DNA of 64,000 bases from an uncultured Methanosarcinaceae archaeon (lineage in GTDB: Archaea > Halobacteriota > Methanosarcinia > Methanosarcinales > Methanosarcinaceae), in assembly GCA_963727895.1 (NCBI GenBank), contig CAVSHT010000014.1, positions 43,434 through 107,433 of the forward strand, read 5' to 3'. Below are positions 11,574-22,770 of the stretch, piece after piece. The notes beneath the pieces were generated by a model, which was not told the origin of the DNA, did no database searches, and saw only the letters and a list, made by a program, of their open reading frames with translations. The position numbers were made by a program, and so were the translations under genes. Positions within the stretch are counted from its first letter, which is position 1, and each line of letters begins with the position of its first letter.

Positions 11574-11703
11574 TGAGGTTCATGTCCAGAGACCTTCCAC
11601 AGTAAATTTGATTTAAATTTTTTGACACAGTACAGTGAAAATATGGAATTCCTTTGGAGTTTAATTGAGTGTTACTGCAGGAGGTCTGTAGACATGAACC
11701 CTA
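11574..11703 (+). mobile_element. ~130-bp MITE of the 42779 IS family
   Basis: ggttcatgtccagagacc...ggtctgtagacatgaacccta IRs. Confidence 0.8.
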
Positions 11704-11716
11704 GCGATTTGGAGCG

Positions 11717-11890
11717 GTTCCGTTGCAAAAAATATCTGCTAAGGATATAATTAAAATAAAAAGGAAATCAAAGGTAGTGACATGCTATCTAATTTCTTTA
11801 AATGGAAGCACTTTGGAGGTGAAATCATCTTATTAAATGTCAGATGGTACCTAAAATATCCATTGAGTTTCTAAAACTTAAAGAATCAAT
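11717..11890 (+). mobile_element. IS6 left-end relic
   Basis: ggttccgttgcaaaaaat followed by a degraded MLSN.. transposase start. Confidence 0.75.
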
Positions 11891-11951
11891 TGGAATTACA
11901 GACCTTCTAGTGCATTGCCTATTCGCGCCTATTCGCCTAAGATCTGCTAAA

Positions 11952-12164
11952 TTAGAAGAGGCCTTGATTTATTCCATCTTCTATAGCTTTGTTTATAGCA
12001 GGAAGACCATATTCTCTTCCACACTCTTGATATTCTAAAATAAATGCTTGAGCAATAAGTAAAGTATTTGGCAATTGTTTTTGATATTTTTCATGGATAA
12101 ATCTAATTAAGTCATTAAAAACATGCTCCGGTAGTTTTCTCTGAACCTTAGCATGTGATGTCAT
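11952..12164 (-). CDS. Small hypothetical protein
   Basis: MTSHAKVQRKLPEHVFNDLIRFIHEKY...AIEDGINQGLF, 70 aa with protein-like composition. Confidence 0.55.
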   Translation of the reverse strand: MTSHAKVQRKLPEHVFNDLIRFIHEKYQKQLPNTLLIAQAFILEYQECGREYGLPAINKAIEDGINQGLF

Positions 12165-12340
12165 TACACAGTTATGGATTCTAAAGATAATAATCTTATG
12201 TGATTTTATTACAAATGATATATATTGATACCCTTTACACAATTAACAATAATGTTAATCCTCTCAAATTGGCATTTGTACAAAATATCAATTCTTATTT
12301 TGTGTGATATCATAAATTTAAATAAGTTATTGAGTAGAAA

Positions 12341-12605
12341 AGGTTCCGTTGCAAAAAATCTCAGAATAAGCACGTAAATCTGCGGACAATGAACAAAAGT
12401 TAAAATATTCTAGAAGATGTATCAATATCATAGAACTATTCCAAATAATTGATTAATATATTTAGCTTCATTAAGAACAGAGTAGTTTAGATTCTTGATT
12501 TTTTATTTTTTAATCATATTTATAACTTCAATTCCTGTTAAAGTTTTATTAGCAGATTGAAAAGAATGAAATCCTAACATTGGATTAACGATTCGCTTTA
12601 TAGAT
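12341..12605 (-). mobile_element. IS6 right-end relic
   Basis: IR plus reverse complement of transposase 3' end. Confidence 0.75.
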
Positions 12606-12693
12606 TTAGGTAGTATGCTAATTCTGATATAGAGGTTTTAAAGTAAAAGCTGTACATTTTAGGAAAAATCTAATTCTGCAGAATGCTTTGATA

Positions 12694-12807
12694 TACGAAC
12701 TTTTTTGATATAGAACGTTCGTATTTTAAGTAAAATTTTGCAAGTTTTGCCATCCTATACCTCAGGAATAAGCATTAAAAACGAACTTCTCTATATTATG
12801 TTCGTAT
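12694..12807. other. res-like double-dyad site C
   Basis: CGAAC-N16-GTTCG, ~60 bp, CGAAC-N13-GTTCG. Confidence 0.55.
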
Positions 12808-13119
12808 ACCAATTTTAAAATAATATCAAAAAAGTTAATACTTTGGCCAAAATGTTGACTAATCATTTTTTGAATTATATGTGAAGTTGTGCGTCATTAG
12901 AAAGGTGTTAGGATTTTAATATGGTTGGGATTCTTTAAATCAACTACGCAGGGACGCACACAAACCTCTAAAATATGTAATACAACTGAATGTATATATA
13001 TATATATTTTGAATATGTTATATAAAATTAAAACATATTTATAGCTAATTTATTCTAGTAAGTTGATTATCTATGATCCACTTAAACGCTTCAGATCTTG
13101 AAAAGAAGTTCTGCTTAAT

Positions 13120-13251
13120 AAGAGCCTATCCCAAAACTCAAAATTGTGTCTCTAAATTTCAAATTATAAATAACCAATCGAGTTTCCGATAAGGAAAATG
13201 ATTCTGATACTTTTATTTATGTGAAAATCAAATTGGTTTTGGGATGAGCTT
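13120..13251. mobile_element. GAGCCTATCC-type MITE
   Basis: agagcctatcccaaaac ... gttttgggatgagct. Confidence 0.7.
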
Positions 13252-13297
13252 ATATACTGTCTATAAGACGTAAAAAAATTATCGGGAGGTAAAAAAG

Positions 13298-13914
13298 ATG
13301 ATTTATGAACTGATGACTATGCATCTACATCTTTGGGGAACAAAAAAGCTGTGGAAGGTATTTTAAACTATAAAAATACATCACAAAGTAATGGAAGATT
13401 ACTGGGATGCTGGAAAGTTGAAGTTGGTCCTATTGGGCCTGATTGTTTGCTTATATTACGGGAGTTTGATAATTCAGAAGATCTATTGGAAGAAAGGGAA
13501 AAATTCTTATTAAATAATAATCCTTTCGATATAGGCGATGTGTTAAAAGGATTTAAGGTGGAGTCCTTTATGCCATTTCATTTTATGCCTCCGATAAAAA
13601 GTGGTCAATTGGGGCCAATATACGAATTCAGAGAGTATCAACTTGCTGTAGGTGGTATTAAAAAAAGCATAGATGCATGGGAAAAAGCTTTGCCAGCACG
13701 GCAAAAAATATCACCTGTAGTAATAGCAATGTATGCCTTGGACGGACCGGCTCGTATAGTGCATATCATAGCGTATGAAAGTTTTGAATTCCGACTTAAC
13801 GTGAGACAAGAATTATATCAAAAAGGAATTTGGCCACCAAAGGGAGCACCTGAGGAGATTATAAAGGCTACGAATATGATAGCGTTACCAACATCCATTT
13901 CACAGTTAACTTAA
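13298..13914 (+). CDS. NIPSNAP-family protein (apparent 1-bp frameshift in A-run near 13345)
   Basis: GGAGGT RBS, MIYELMT start; second domain GPIYEFREY...WPP; 5' codons out of frame with ORF 13333-13914. Confidence 0.75.
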
Positions 13915-13932
13915 TCAGCAAATGTTTTTATA

Positions 13933-13963
13933 AAATGTCGTGAAAAGTTTATTTCACGACATT
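13933..13963 (+). terminator. Hairpin downstream of NIPSNAP gene
   Basis: aaatgtcgtgaaa-agttta-tttcacgacattt inverted repeat. Confidence 0.5.
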
Positions 13964-14544
13964 TAACTTGACTATGTCACATTACAAGGTAAAACGTTAT
14001 TATTAGATCTCATATCAAAAGTATATTGTTCGTAGTGAAATCGATAACTGCAATTGGAATAACTGTCTAATCTGATATAGTCAGATTAAGTCCAGGTAAT
14101 ATATCCAGTGAATATTGGTATCCACAGACAAATTAACTTTTTTGCACAGGATACAGTGGATGCAATGGAAATGCACCAATTCAAAAATGGATTAAAATCT
14201 TGAAAACTTCAATTGGAATTACATTTCATCTCATTAACACTATTAGTAAGAAATAATTAATAATTTGTAATACTCTATTTATATACTGATTTCACTTTTA
14301 CCTTTGTTTCGTGTGGGAAAATAAAATTTAGGCAAGCCTTCTAAAATGACAAATTAAACTGAAGTTTCCAGGCGATTTTGTTCACTCGCCAAAAGTTACC
14401 AGAATCGGCTGACATGGCCTATGTGTTTTTGTTAATATCTATTCCAATGACTATGTAACGGTTTTGAAAAAACGTTAGTTAGAGACTTGATATTTCGAAG
14501 GGCTATATTTTGCCTTCGATAACCGTATCGTTAAGAGCTAAAAA

Positions 14545-14713
14545 AAGTAAGAAACACATAGTCAATTATGATTTACAAAACTGCCATCAAAATACCAGTA
14601 ATCAATTAATTATTTGGAATAGTTCTGTAATATTGATAAATTTAAAATATTTTGACTTTTGTTCATTCTCCATATATTTACATGCTTATTCTGAAATTTT
14701 TTGCACCAGAACC
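14545..14713 (+). mobile_element. IS6 right-end relic
   Basis: Similar to 7225-7389; ends ttttttgcaccagaacc. Confidence 0.7.
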
Positions 14714-15059
14714 CGAATATTTTGTAAAATTGGTTTTATTGAGGACTTTCAGTATATTCAATAAATATATGACAATTTCACTATATTGAATATATCGAAA
14801 AGATATATAATCTTAAAATTAAATCTATATTTAGAAGGTTCTAATGACTCGATTCTAAAACTACTTGAATCCTGATATAACCACAATAAATCTTATTTTC
14901 ATCATAGCTTCTAAAAACCACTTCCTTGAAAAATCGAGTTGTGGAGCCCTCTTACAGACAGACAAGGCTGCAGGTTATATCTTGCAGCCACAAGATCAAC
15001 TTTTTGATCAAAAGTATTTGCTTTTCTTATATTATTCCTAAAATTGATATACAAGCATA

Positions 15060-15170
15060 TATGAACATAATAGAAAAAGGTTCGTTTTTATTGTTTATTC
15101 TTGTAGAATAGGATCGAAAAATCTGCAAAATTTCATCCAAAATCCGAACGTTTAAGTCAAAAGGTTCGTA
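15060..15170. other. res-like double-dyad site D
   Basis: TGAAC-N13-GTTCG, 60 bp, CGAAC-N14-GTTCG. Confidence 0.5.
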
Positions 15171-15496
15171 TAATGAAGTGCCCTAAAAATTAGAATTTTA
15201 GATTGTTTGCTTCATCGTAGAGTTTACTTCTACCATATAATTTTTGCAACAGAACCTTTAAATTTCTACTTATTTCAGCAAAATCCTTTTCATAATTTTT
15301 TTGTAATGTAACCAACTCGAAAACTTCTTTTTTGTTCCTTTTTTGATTTTTTGGATCAAATTCTTAGATTTAATAAAATCCTTATCTCTGAAATACTATC
15401 TAAATAATGTTGGTTCAATGAGATAATTATTTATAATCAGTATATGTAGTGTATATCAGAGTACAGTCGAAAAAAAGTGTGTAGTGGGGAAAGAGT

Positions 15497-15906
15497 ATGA
15501 GAATTCGAGTGGTTAGTTCAAGAGAAGAAGTCTTTACATTAAATCCTAATGAGCGTATTGTTCACCTGGCCTTTAGACCGTCAAATAAGGACGTCTTTGC
15601 ACTGGTTGAGACTTGACCAAAGATTGAGGTAGTTCAGTTACCATAAGTCTTACATGGCTACGATTTCAAAATCCATGGAAATGTTCCTTGAAATGCAGAA
15701 GGATCCAGCCTATCGAAGGCGATGTTTGGGGTCATAGAAAAGATATAAACGAGTATTACACTGTCCCGTCCTCAGTCACTGAAAAAATAAAGGATATGAA
15801 ATCCGAAGGAAAACTCAATGAGGATATTGAAGCAAAAGTTTCAAGGGAATATAGGCTTAATCCTAAAATGGTTGCCTATATCATGAACAAGGAAACTTCT
15901 GCCTAA
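15497..15906 (+). pseudogene. DUF1699-family protein, internal stop and frameshift
   Basis: MRIRVVSSREEVFTLNPNERIVHLAFRPSNKD..ET*PK ... IEGDVWGHRKDINEYY. Confidence 0.85.
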
Positions 15907-16312
15907 ATTTAAGCAGGGTAAAAATATCAGCAAGTAAGTAAGCAAATACTTCACTGAAGATTAATCTTTACAAAGAAGTGTTGAATCTTGAGACTTTATC
16001 ATCTTCTGAGTCTTTGATTTATTGCAGTCAAGCATAAGTGGAACTGGTAATTGGTAGTCTCAGAAGATATTAAAAAGTCTCCTTTTTTGGCGTTGTAGAA
16101 CTTCTCTGAAATTAGAGGAAAGAAAAGCTACTTTTTACTCTGTGATTAATACCATTAGATCATGGGCAGTTTTGAAGACCAGTAATCTATGAATCAGACT
16201 ATTTTTGAACCTTATCCAAAAAGCCTGGTGGGATTGTACTCTATAAATTCCACCTCTAGGAAGACTCCTGGGAATAAACTCATAGACTATGAAATTCTGG
16301 GTGGGGTAATTT

Positions 16313-17431
16313 ATGAAAAATCTAGGCAATTTGCTTTGTTTTTTATTACTCATTTATCTAACCAAATTTTTTATCTCCTGGCCTTATACTAAAACTTACG
16401 AGGATTCCAGTATATCAGATATAGCAGACATAGGAGAGAATTTTGTCGGAACAGATATCGTGAATTCTGAGCCTTGTAATTCCTTGACTACAGAAGAGTC
16501 AATTACTTCTGGACAAATAATCCGAACTTACTCATGGAACTATGAAGGTCACTGTTGTCACCTTACTTTGCCTCTTGACAATAAGCTCTATCATGAATAT
16601 AAGTCCAGGACTAGAGATAGGGACTACGATTTGTTTGCTTCAGATTCATATGACGACTGGTTAATCACAAATATCTCAGAGAATTTATATTCTCTCTCAA
16701 AAGATTGTGGGCTTGAAGAGAGCGAAGTTCCAGGTCTTTGTATCTCGTTTGTTCAGTCCTTAAACTATACTTCGGATCTTGAAAGTACGGGTTATGAAGA
16801 GTATCCTCGTTTTCCTTATGAGACTCTCTATGATAATGGCGGGGACTGTGAGGACACCTCAATTCTAGCCGTCGCAATTCTTCAAAAGATGGGTTATGAT
16901 GTTGTCCTTTTGGAGTTTCCAGGACACCCGGAACATCCGGGGCATATGGCTATTGGAATAAAGTGTAGCCCTGGGCAAAAAGGCAAGAGTTTCGAGTACA
17001 AAGGCAACAATTACTATTATGTGGAGACCACAAGTAGTGATTGGCAGATAGGGGAAATTCCCGAAGAATATGCAAACCAGCCTGTAAAGATCATTCCTGT
17101 CTACAAAAGGCCTGCAATTAATCTTGATTTCAAAGCTCAATGTGAATACTCAGGAAAAGAAGGAGATGTAGATGTTAACGTAACTGTAAGAAGTGTGGGT
17201 TCTGAGGTAGCCAAAAATACAACTGTGTACGTTATCCTTCAGACTGCAGATGAAACTAATGTTTGGAACGAAATTGAAAGTTCTCCAGTTACAATTGAGC
17301 CAGAAGGAATTTACAATTACACTGCTACAGGTCTTACTGTTCCTTTGGGAAGAAAATTCAGGGTATATGTACAGGCATCGGGGGATAATATGGCATCTGA
17401 AAATATAACTAGCGAGTGGGTTAAAATCTGA
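16313..17431 (+). CDS. Membrane-anchored transglutaminase-like cysteine-protease protein with C-terminal Ig-like domain
   Basis: YPRFPYETL..GGDCEDTSIL..GHMAIG..YYYVETT motifs. Confidence 0.8.
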   Translation: MKNLGNLLCFLLLIYLTKFFISWPYTKTYEDSSISDIADIGENFVGTDIVNSEPCNSLTTEESITSGQIIRTYSWNYEGHCCHLTLPLDNKLYHEYKSRTRDRDYDLFASDSYDDWLITNISENLYSLSKDCGLEESEVPGLCISFVQSLNYTSDLESTGYEEYPRFPYETLYDNGGDCEDTSILAVAILQKMGYDVVLLEFPGHPEHPGHMAIGIKCSPGQKGKSFEYKGNNYYYVETTSSDWQIGEIPEEYANQPVKIIPVYKRPAINLDFKAQCEYSGKEGDVDVNVTVRSVGSEVAKNTTVYVILQTADETNVWNEIESSPVTIEPEGIYNYTATGLTVPLGRKFRVYVQASGDNMASENITSEWVKI

Positions 17432-17991
17432 GAACTTCTGCATCTGATAACACAAAGTGAGTAAACAAATGTTATAGGAAGCAGGCCAGAAAATGCAGTA
17501 TTTTTCCTCCGAAAACGACCTACTGTATTTTAACCTAATTACAAAGACAGGCATGCATCTGGCCCTATGGAACATATTTGAAAGAGGAAGGTTATGGCAT
17601 ACAGGCCAGAAAATCCCGCATGCTAACTATTACCTCTATGTTTTAGTTAATTTCTGTTGAAAAAATATTAGAAGCTACAGTTCTGCAACTATTTTTTAGT
17701 TTTTAAAAAACAAATGTTTTTAAGGACTTAGTTCTTACCATATCGAATTTTGACTTCAAATATATATCAAATTTGCTATAAGACCCTTAAGCGAAATCAA
17801 TATATCAATATTCATAAAAAAACAGGAATTTTGCGAAATACATCTATATCAAAAAACTATAAATGTAATTAAAAGATGACAAAATTTTATTTGTAAAAGT
17901 TATTTTTTAGACCAGTTAGGAAAAAAGAGCTGACATATATAATTATTTAAGAACGATTGCTTACAAATGTCAAAAAATCTGCACTAAAAAG

Positions 17992-18059
17992 GGCATTGTT
18001 ACTTTAATATACCTAGTTCTTTATTTCTGTATTTCATCAATAGAATAACCGAGTACTTT
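17992..18059 (-). mobile_element. IS1 end fragment truncating the ADH gene
   Basis: ggcattgtta IR plus IS1 3' sequence. Confidence 0.75.
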
Positions 18060-18972
18060 AATCACATACATGCCTGTCAATAAGATGTGTAAAATAAGCT
18101 TTGCTAATCATGATCAGGCCTGCACCGTGTGGAAGTTCCTGATGATAAGCCGACATTGCATGTTCCAGGGAATGTTGACTTGTGCAACGCCCCACACACA
18201 TTACAGTCCCTGAAAGCGTATTACCAAACGCAACCTTTTCACGTATATCCAAATCATTTCCGTATTTCACCGCTTTTGTAAGATTTTGTCCTACATTTTC
18301 AATTGCTGTGATAGCATGCATATTACTCATAAGGTTGACACCATTCGAAACATAGCCTTCTACACTATGAAACAACGCATCGAATCCTTGATAAGCCGTG
18401 TATTTGGGCGGCACAGAAAGCATAAGTTCCGGATCGACAATTACCAAAACTGGAAACAGATCGTCATGTACAAATCCGGTTTTCTCATGCTTTTCTTCAT
18501 TGGTAACTACTGTTCCTGGATCAGTTTCGGAACCTGTTCCTGCTGTTGTTGTAATGGCTATAACAGGGAGTGGTTTATGTTCCATTGCCTTTCCTTTTCC
18601 TGTTCCACCAAACACATAATCCCAATAATCGCCATCGTTAGTGGTCATTACAGCAATTGCTTTTGCCGCATCCATACAGCTTCCTCCACCTAAAGCGACA
18701 ATAAAATCACAGCTATTTTCTTTTGCAAAAACACTACCTGCCATAACTGTTGATTTCAATGGATTGGATTGAACTTTGTCAAACACCACGGTTTCGACTT
18801 CTGCTAATTTCAATTGTTCTTCTGTTCTTGCAAGATAACCGTTTGCTCTTGTGGATTTTCCTTTTGAAATAACGATCATAGCTTTTTTGCCAGGAATTTT
18901 CTGGGTGTGCAGATTGTTTAATTGACCTGCCCCAAATAAAGTTCTAGTAGGTACATACATGTTAAAACTCAT
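18058..18972 (-). pseudogene. Iron-containing alcohol dehydrogenase, C-terminally truncated
   Basis: GGGSCMDAAK, TTAGTGSE, DALFHSVE, HSLEH, HGAG; ends at IS1 fragment. Confidence 0.88.
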
Positions 18973-19029
18973 ATCAAATCCTCAATCGTAAGTCTTGTAC
19001 TTCTTATGCATTTGATGAATTCAATTCAT

Positions 19030-19137
19030 GAGCCATCCCAAAACCAATATTTTCTTAAGTAAATTTTTCATGATCATAAGCTAAATTCTCTTACTTTCGA
19101 GATTCAAATTCGCAATTTTGGTTTTCGAGATAAGCTC
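19030..19137. mobile_element. Degenerate GAGCC-type MITE
   Basis: gagccatcccaaaacc...ggttttcgagataagctc. Confidence 0.55.
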
Positions 19138-19151
19138 GTTAGTAGAATATA

Positions 19152-19165
19152 TGACTGATTAGTCA
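19152..19165. promoter_or_regulatory. Probable TetR operator upstream of ADH
   Basis: Near-palindrome TGACTGATTAGTCA, identical at 19837; degenerate copy at 19213. Confidence 0.7.
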
Positions 19166-19243
19166 ATCATCAATGTGATTATTATTATATAAACGTTTAC
19201 CCATATTAGGATTGACTGATCACTCATAAAGGGGGTAAAAAAA

Positions 19244-19821
19244 TTAATTTTTAGCTAGCCCTCTCCAGATAATCTGAAATCCATCCTCTAAAACCTTATT
19301 TTCATCCAGTGATGAATCTGAATCAAGGATAAGATTCACTACCGTTCTGCTAGCCTGATAAAACATTGCAATGGTCAGCTCCACAGAAAAATCTCTGATT
19401 TTTCTCATTATTACTCCTTCATTCACAAGATCATGGAAAAAGACATACTCTTTCATCACTTCTTCACGCGTAAATTTTGTGATATAGGGAGAATAGCAGA
19501 ACTGCCCGACAAAAAGAAATTCTTCCTGATTGTCTACTCCCCATTTGACCAAATTTGACCATATTTTTCTTAATTTGCCAGGAAAGGTGTTCTCAGCTTC
19601 GATATCTTTCTCCATAGCGTGACTTAAGTCTCCTTTAACCTCAAAATACAGGCTGTTTATAAGGTATTCCTTTATGGGAAAATAATTGAAAAGCGTGCCT
19701 GTGGCTACACCTGCTTCTTTTGAAATCTGAGCAGTGGATGTACCATGAAAGCCTCTTTCAGTGAAGAGTTTCAGGGCTGCTTCCATAATAGCTGTTTTTT
19801 GTCTTTTACCTGTTCGCTCAT
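19244..19821 (-). CDS. TetR/AcrR regulator (1-bp frameshift in A-run near 19797)
   Basis: MSEQVKDK/TAIMEAALKLFTERGFHGTSTAQISKEAGVATGTLFNYF. Confidence 0.85.
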
Positions 19822-19836
19822 GTAATATCTCTATGT

Positions 19837-19850
19837 TGACTGATTAGTCA
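19837..19850. promoter_or_regulatory. Probable TetR auto-operator
   Basis: TGACTGATTAGTCA 15 bp upstream of the tetR ATG. Confidence 0.7.
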
Positions 19851-20255
19851 GTTTATCTTTATATTAACTTGTAAGGTAAATACCTTATGGTACTTTTTTC
19901 ATGACTTTAGATACTATTACAATTCTGTTCAATCAAATCTATGAGAGATGAACTTTTTTAAGTTTGTCTTGCTATAAAAAATTCGTATCCTAATAGCTTA
20001 ACAATACCTGTATTACAAATTATGACACTTTTAAAAATAGATTAGACTTTTAGCCTCACTTCTTTAACTTCTTTAATGCAACCCTTAAAACCTAACACAT
20101 TTAAAACTATGTTATAAGTAAATGATTAAAAACGAAGACGCATTTTTGAATCCTTTTACAGCTTTTTCTGAAAAAAAACAATTGACTTACTAAAGCAAAT
20201 TAAATTGTTTTAGTGATATTGAAGTGAATAGATTTTTTCAGCGAGTTTTATATCA

Positions 20256-21266
20256 TTAACCCAATCAAAAATCCAATTATTGCGCCAGTATTAAGAAAAG
20301 GTAAACCTGCATGCATTCTTCTACGAGATGTGAAATGCATAAGTCCTATGACACCGAACCAGACGTACCTATCATTGCGCCAGCCACTGCATAATGAACA
20401 TTCATGAATGTCTTAGCTGAGACCACAAGTAGTGATGGAAAAGTTAGATCACCAAAACCTATGTAGATTGCTTTACCAGTACCATCAGGATTTATCTGTG
20501 CATCGAAAACTGAGTATGGTAACTGCTTTGGGATAATAAAAGACAGTGGTATTCTTATTGACTTCAAAAAAGAGGATTTATTTTCTCTTGGGTGATTCTT
20601 TTTTGGATGATTATTATTTAGGTGATACTCCTTTGGATGATAATTCTCTGGATAGTACTTCTTTGGATGATTATCATTAGGGTAATCTCTTTTGGATGGT
20701 GCTCTAATTGACCTGTTACAGCTTTCACATCTGAGTACTTTATTATGTCCATTCCGTTTACCATTACTTGCATGTGTTTTGTTTTGTAGACGGCAATATA
20801 ATCTTCAACTGCTGTGAACGCTAAAATTGTTAAGACAGGATATATCGAAAAGTTAGACCCTAAATACACAACGATTGCACTAATTTCTAAAATTCCTGTA
20901 AGGTCAATGACATACCATTCTGGAAACAAAAAAAGCAACGCTGTTACAATAATTGATAATAGAGTGGCGATAATTATGGCTTGGTCGCCTGTGAACGATA
21001 TAAAACCTAGAAGTACTAAAAAAATTATTCCAATAATAAGTGCTGTAAACGGATACTGAATTAATGCAATAAACCATTGAATTTTCAATTTGATTGCAAG
21101 CAAAACAACTAATAGTGACAAATATTATCATGAAAATGATTTGAGTGGCGTTGAATATAGAATTAGGGTCAGTTGTATACTGCAAGTCGTTTGAAGTTAT
21201 AAAAGAGTGAATCGGTGAAGTTAAAAACAATGCGAGTGATTGCACTATGATGAACAAACACATCAT
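20256..21266 (-). pseudogene. Presenilin/PSH-family intramembrane aspartyl protease, multiply frameshifted
   Basis: PEWYVID, EDYIAVYKTKHM, IGFGDL and HAGLPFLN motifs in different frames. Confidence 0.8.
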
Positions 21267-21592
21267 TGATAAGTGTAAATCTGTAATCTTTTATTTCTAC
21301 CATCAAATCACTTTTTCATCATTTTAATCCGAGCCTTTTCTGTTTTATTGGTCAAAATAATTACTTGGTTAGTAAGTAGTTGGATTAAGAACATATCTTT
21401 ATGGTTTTAATGGGGTACTGTGTAGATTACAAGGTATGGGATAAATACTCAATAAGCTTCGACTTCATTCAATAGGTCAAACCCTGTCACTAACAGAACC
21501 TATTATTTCATAAAGAAAAAAACTCTTTCGTAAAAGATATGCATATACCTATGATTAATATATATGCACAGTCCTAAGATTTCTTTTTATAT

Positions 21593-22258
21593 TTATTCAA
21601 GCCAGCTAGTGACCTCTTCAACTGGTGGACGAACTGAAGAAGTAAGTTCTTCAGCAGAGTAACCAATTGCACAGCCATTAAAAGCCCATTTACCTGGATT
21701 AATCCCAAGCAATGCACTGAATTCAGGATTGTCATCCATCTGAGCTGTTGCAGAAACTAACTGGAATCCAAGACCAAGTGCAGTTGCTTTCAACCACATA
21801 TTTTCCATACAGTGCGCAAGCGATTGCTGCTCTACTGCCGGAAATCCCTTCTTTTCGGCAACAACAATAAAGTAAGGAGCTGATTCAATACCCGGAACCT
21901 TTCCACTCTTTTTGATCATACCAAGTCTTTTTGCAAACCCTATGGCTTGTTTTCGGAGCTCTGGGTCGCTCTTCATAGCTAGCTCAAGATTTGAAGACAT
22001 TGCCCCAACTTCTTGAAAGATGAGAGAAGATACTCTTATCATGCTGTTTGAATCCCTTTTCATGACGAAAAACCTGCGGAAATAATCTTTTGCGTCGCCA
22101 ACAGTCGCAGCAGCAAATGGAGCATGAAGACCTGCATTAATTATACTTATGATGTCCTTTTCTGGAGGAAACTCCTGCTTGAATTTACGGTGAGTCCTAC
22201 GATCATTTATAATTTCATCTAACAATATATTTTTCGGGTTAAAGTTTTCCGTATCCAT
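21593..22258 (-). CDS. Nitroreductase family protein
   Basis: RRTHRKF, AGLHAP, ENMWLKATALGLG motifs. Confidence 0.88.
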   Translation of the reverse strand: MDTENFNPKNILLDEIINDRRTHRKFKQEFPPEKDIISIINAGLHAPFAAATVGDAKDYFRRFFVMKRDSNSMIRVSSLIFQEVGAMSSNLELAMKSDPELRKQAIGFAKRLGMIKKSGKVPGIESAPYFIVVAEKKGFPAVEQQSLAHCMENMWLKATALGLGFQLVSATAQMDDNPEFSALLGINPGKWAFNGCAIGYSAEELTSSVRPPVEEVTSWLE

Positions 22259-22295
22259 ATTTACATCACATCTCTTTTCATAAAATTACCTAATT

Positions 22296-22513
22296 TTCAT
22301 GTCCACAGACCTCCTGCAGTAACACTCAATGAAACTACCGAGGAATTCCATATTTCCATTGGACTTCGATAGTTGAATAATGAATGCTCACGTAAATTGT
22401 ATCTATTTTTCACAATCACAAGAAAGTTCTGAAAATCATTAAAAGTTGCATCATTTAGCCTCTTGACTATAGATATTGATTTGTGTTTACAAATATGTCA
22501 GGAGATTTAAATA
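22296..22513 (-). mobile_element. MITE of the 42779 IS family (reverse of 2476-2728 type)
   Basis: Reverse-complement match to ~2510-2728. Confidence 0.85.
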
Positions 22514-22614
22514 AGGAAGATTATAAGAGTTAAAGCAGATATAACTGTTTCTCCCGGATTTTCAGGTCAGCTTTAAGGCAGGCTTTAGACCTGATATTTT
22601 TTTGTTGTGAGATT

Positions 22615-22763
22615 GGTTCCATTGCAAAAAATTCCTTATCTCATTTTGAGGCTATAATTAGTGCTTTTATGTATTATTTTTGGCTGATATAATTGATTGA
22701 TTTCCCTAATTATAAAAGTTTTTAGTGATTTTGTAAAATGCTCTGATTTTTTGCAATGGAACC
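22615..22763. mobile_element. IS6-ended MITE
   Basis: ggttccattgcaaaaaat ... ttttttgcaatggaacc. Confidence 0.8.
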
Positions 22764-22770
22764 TAAATTC

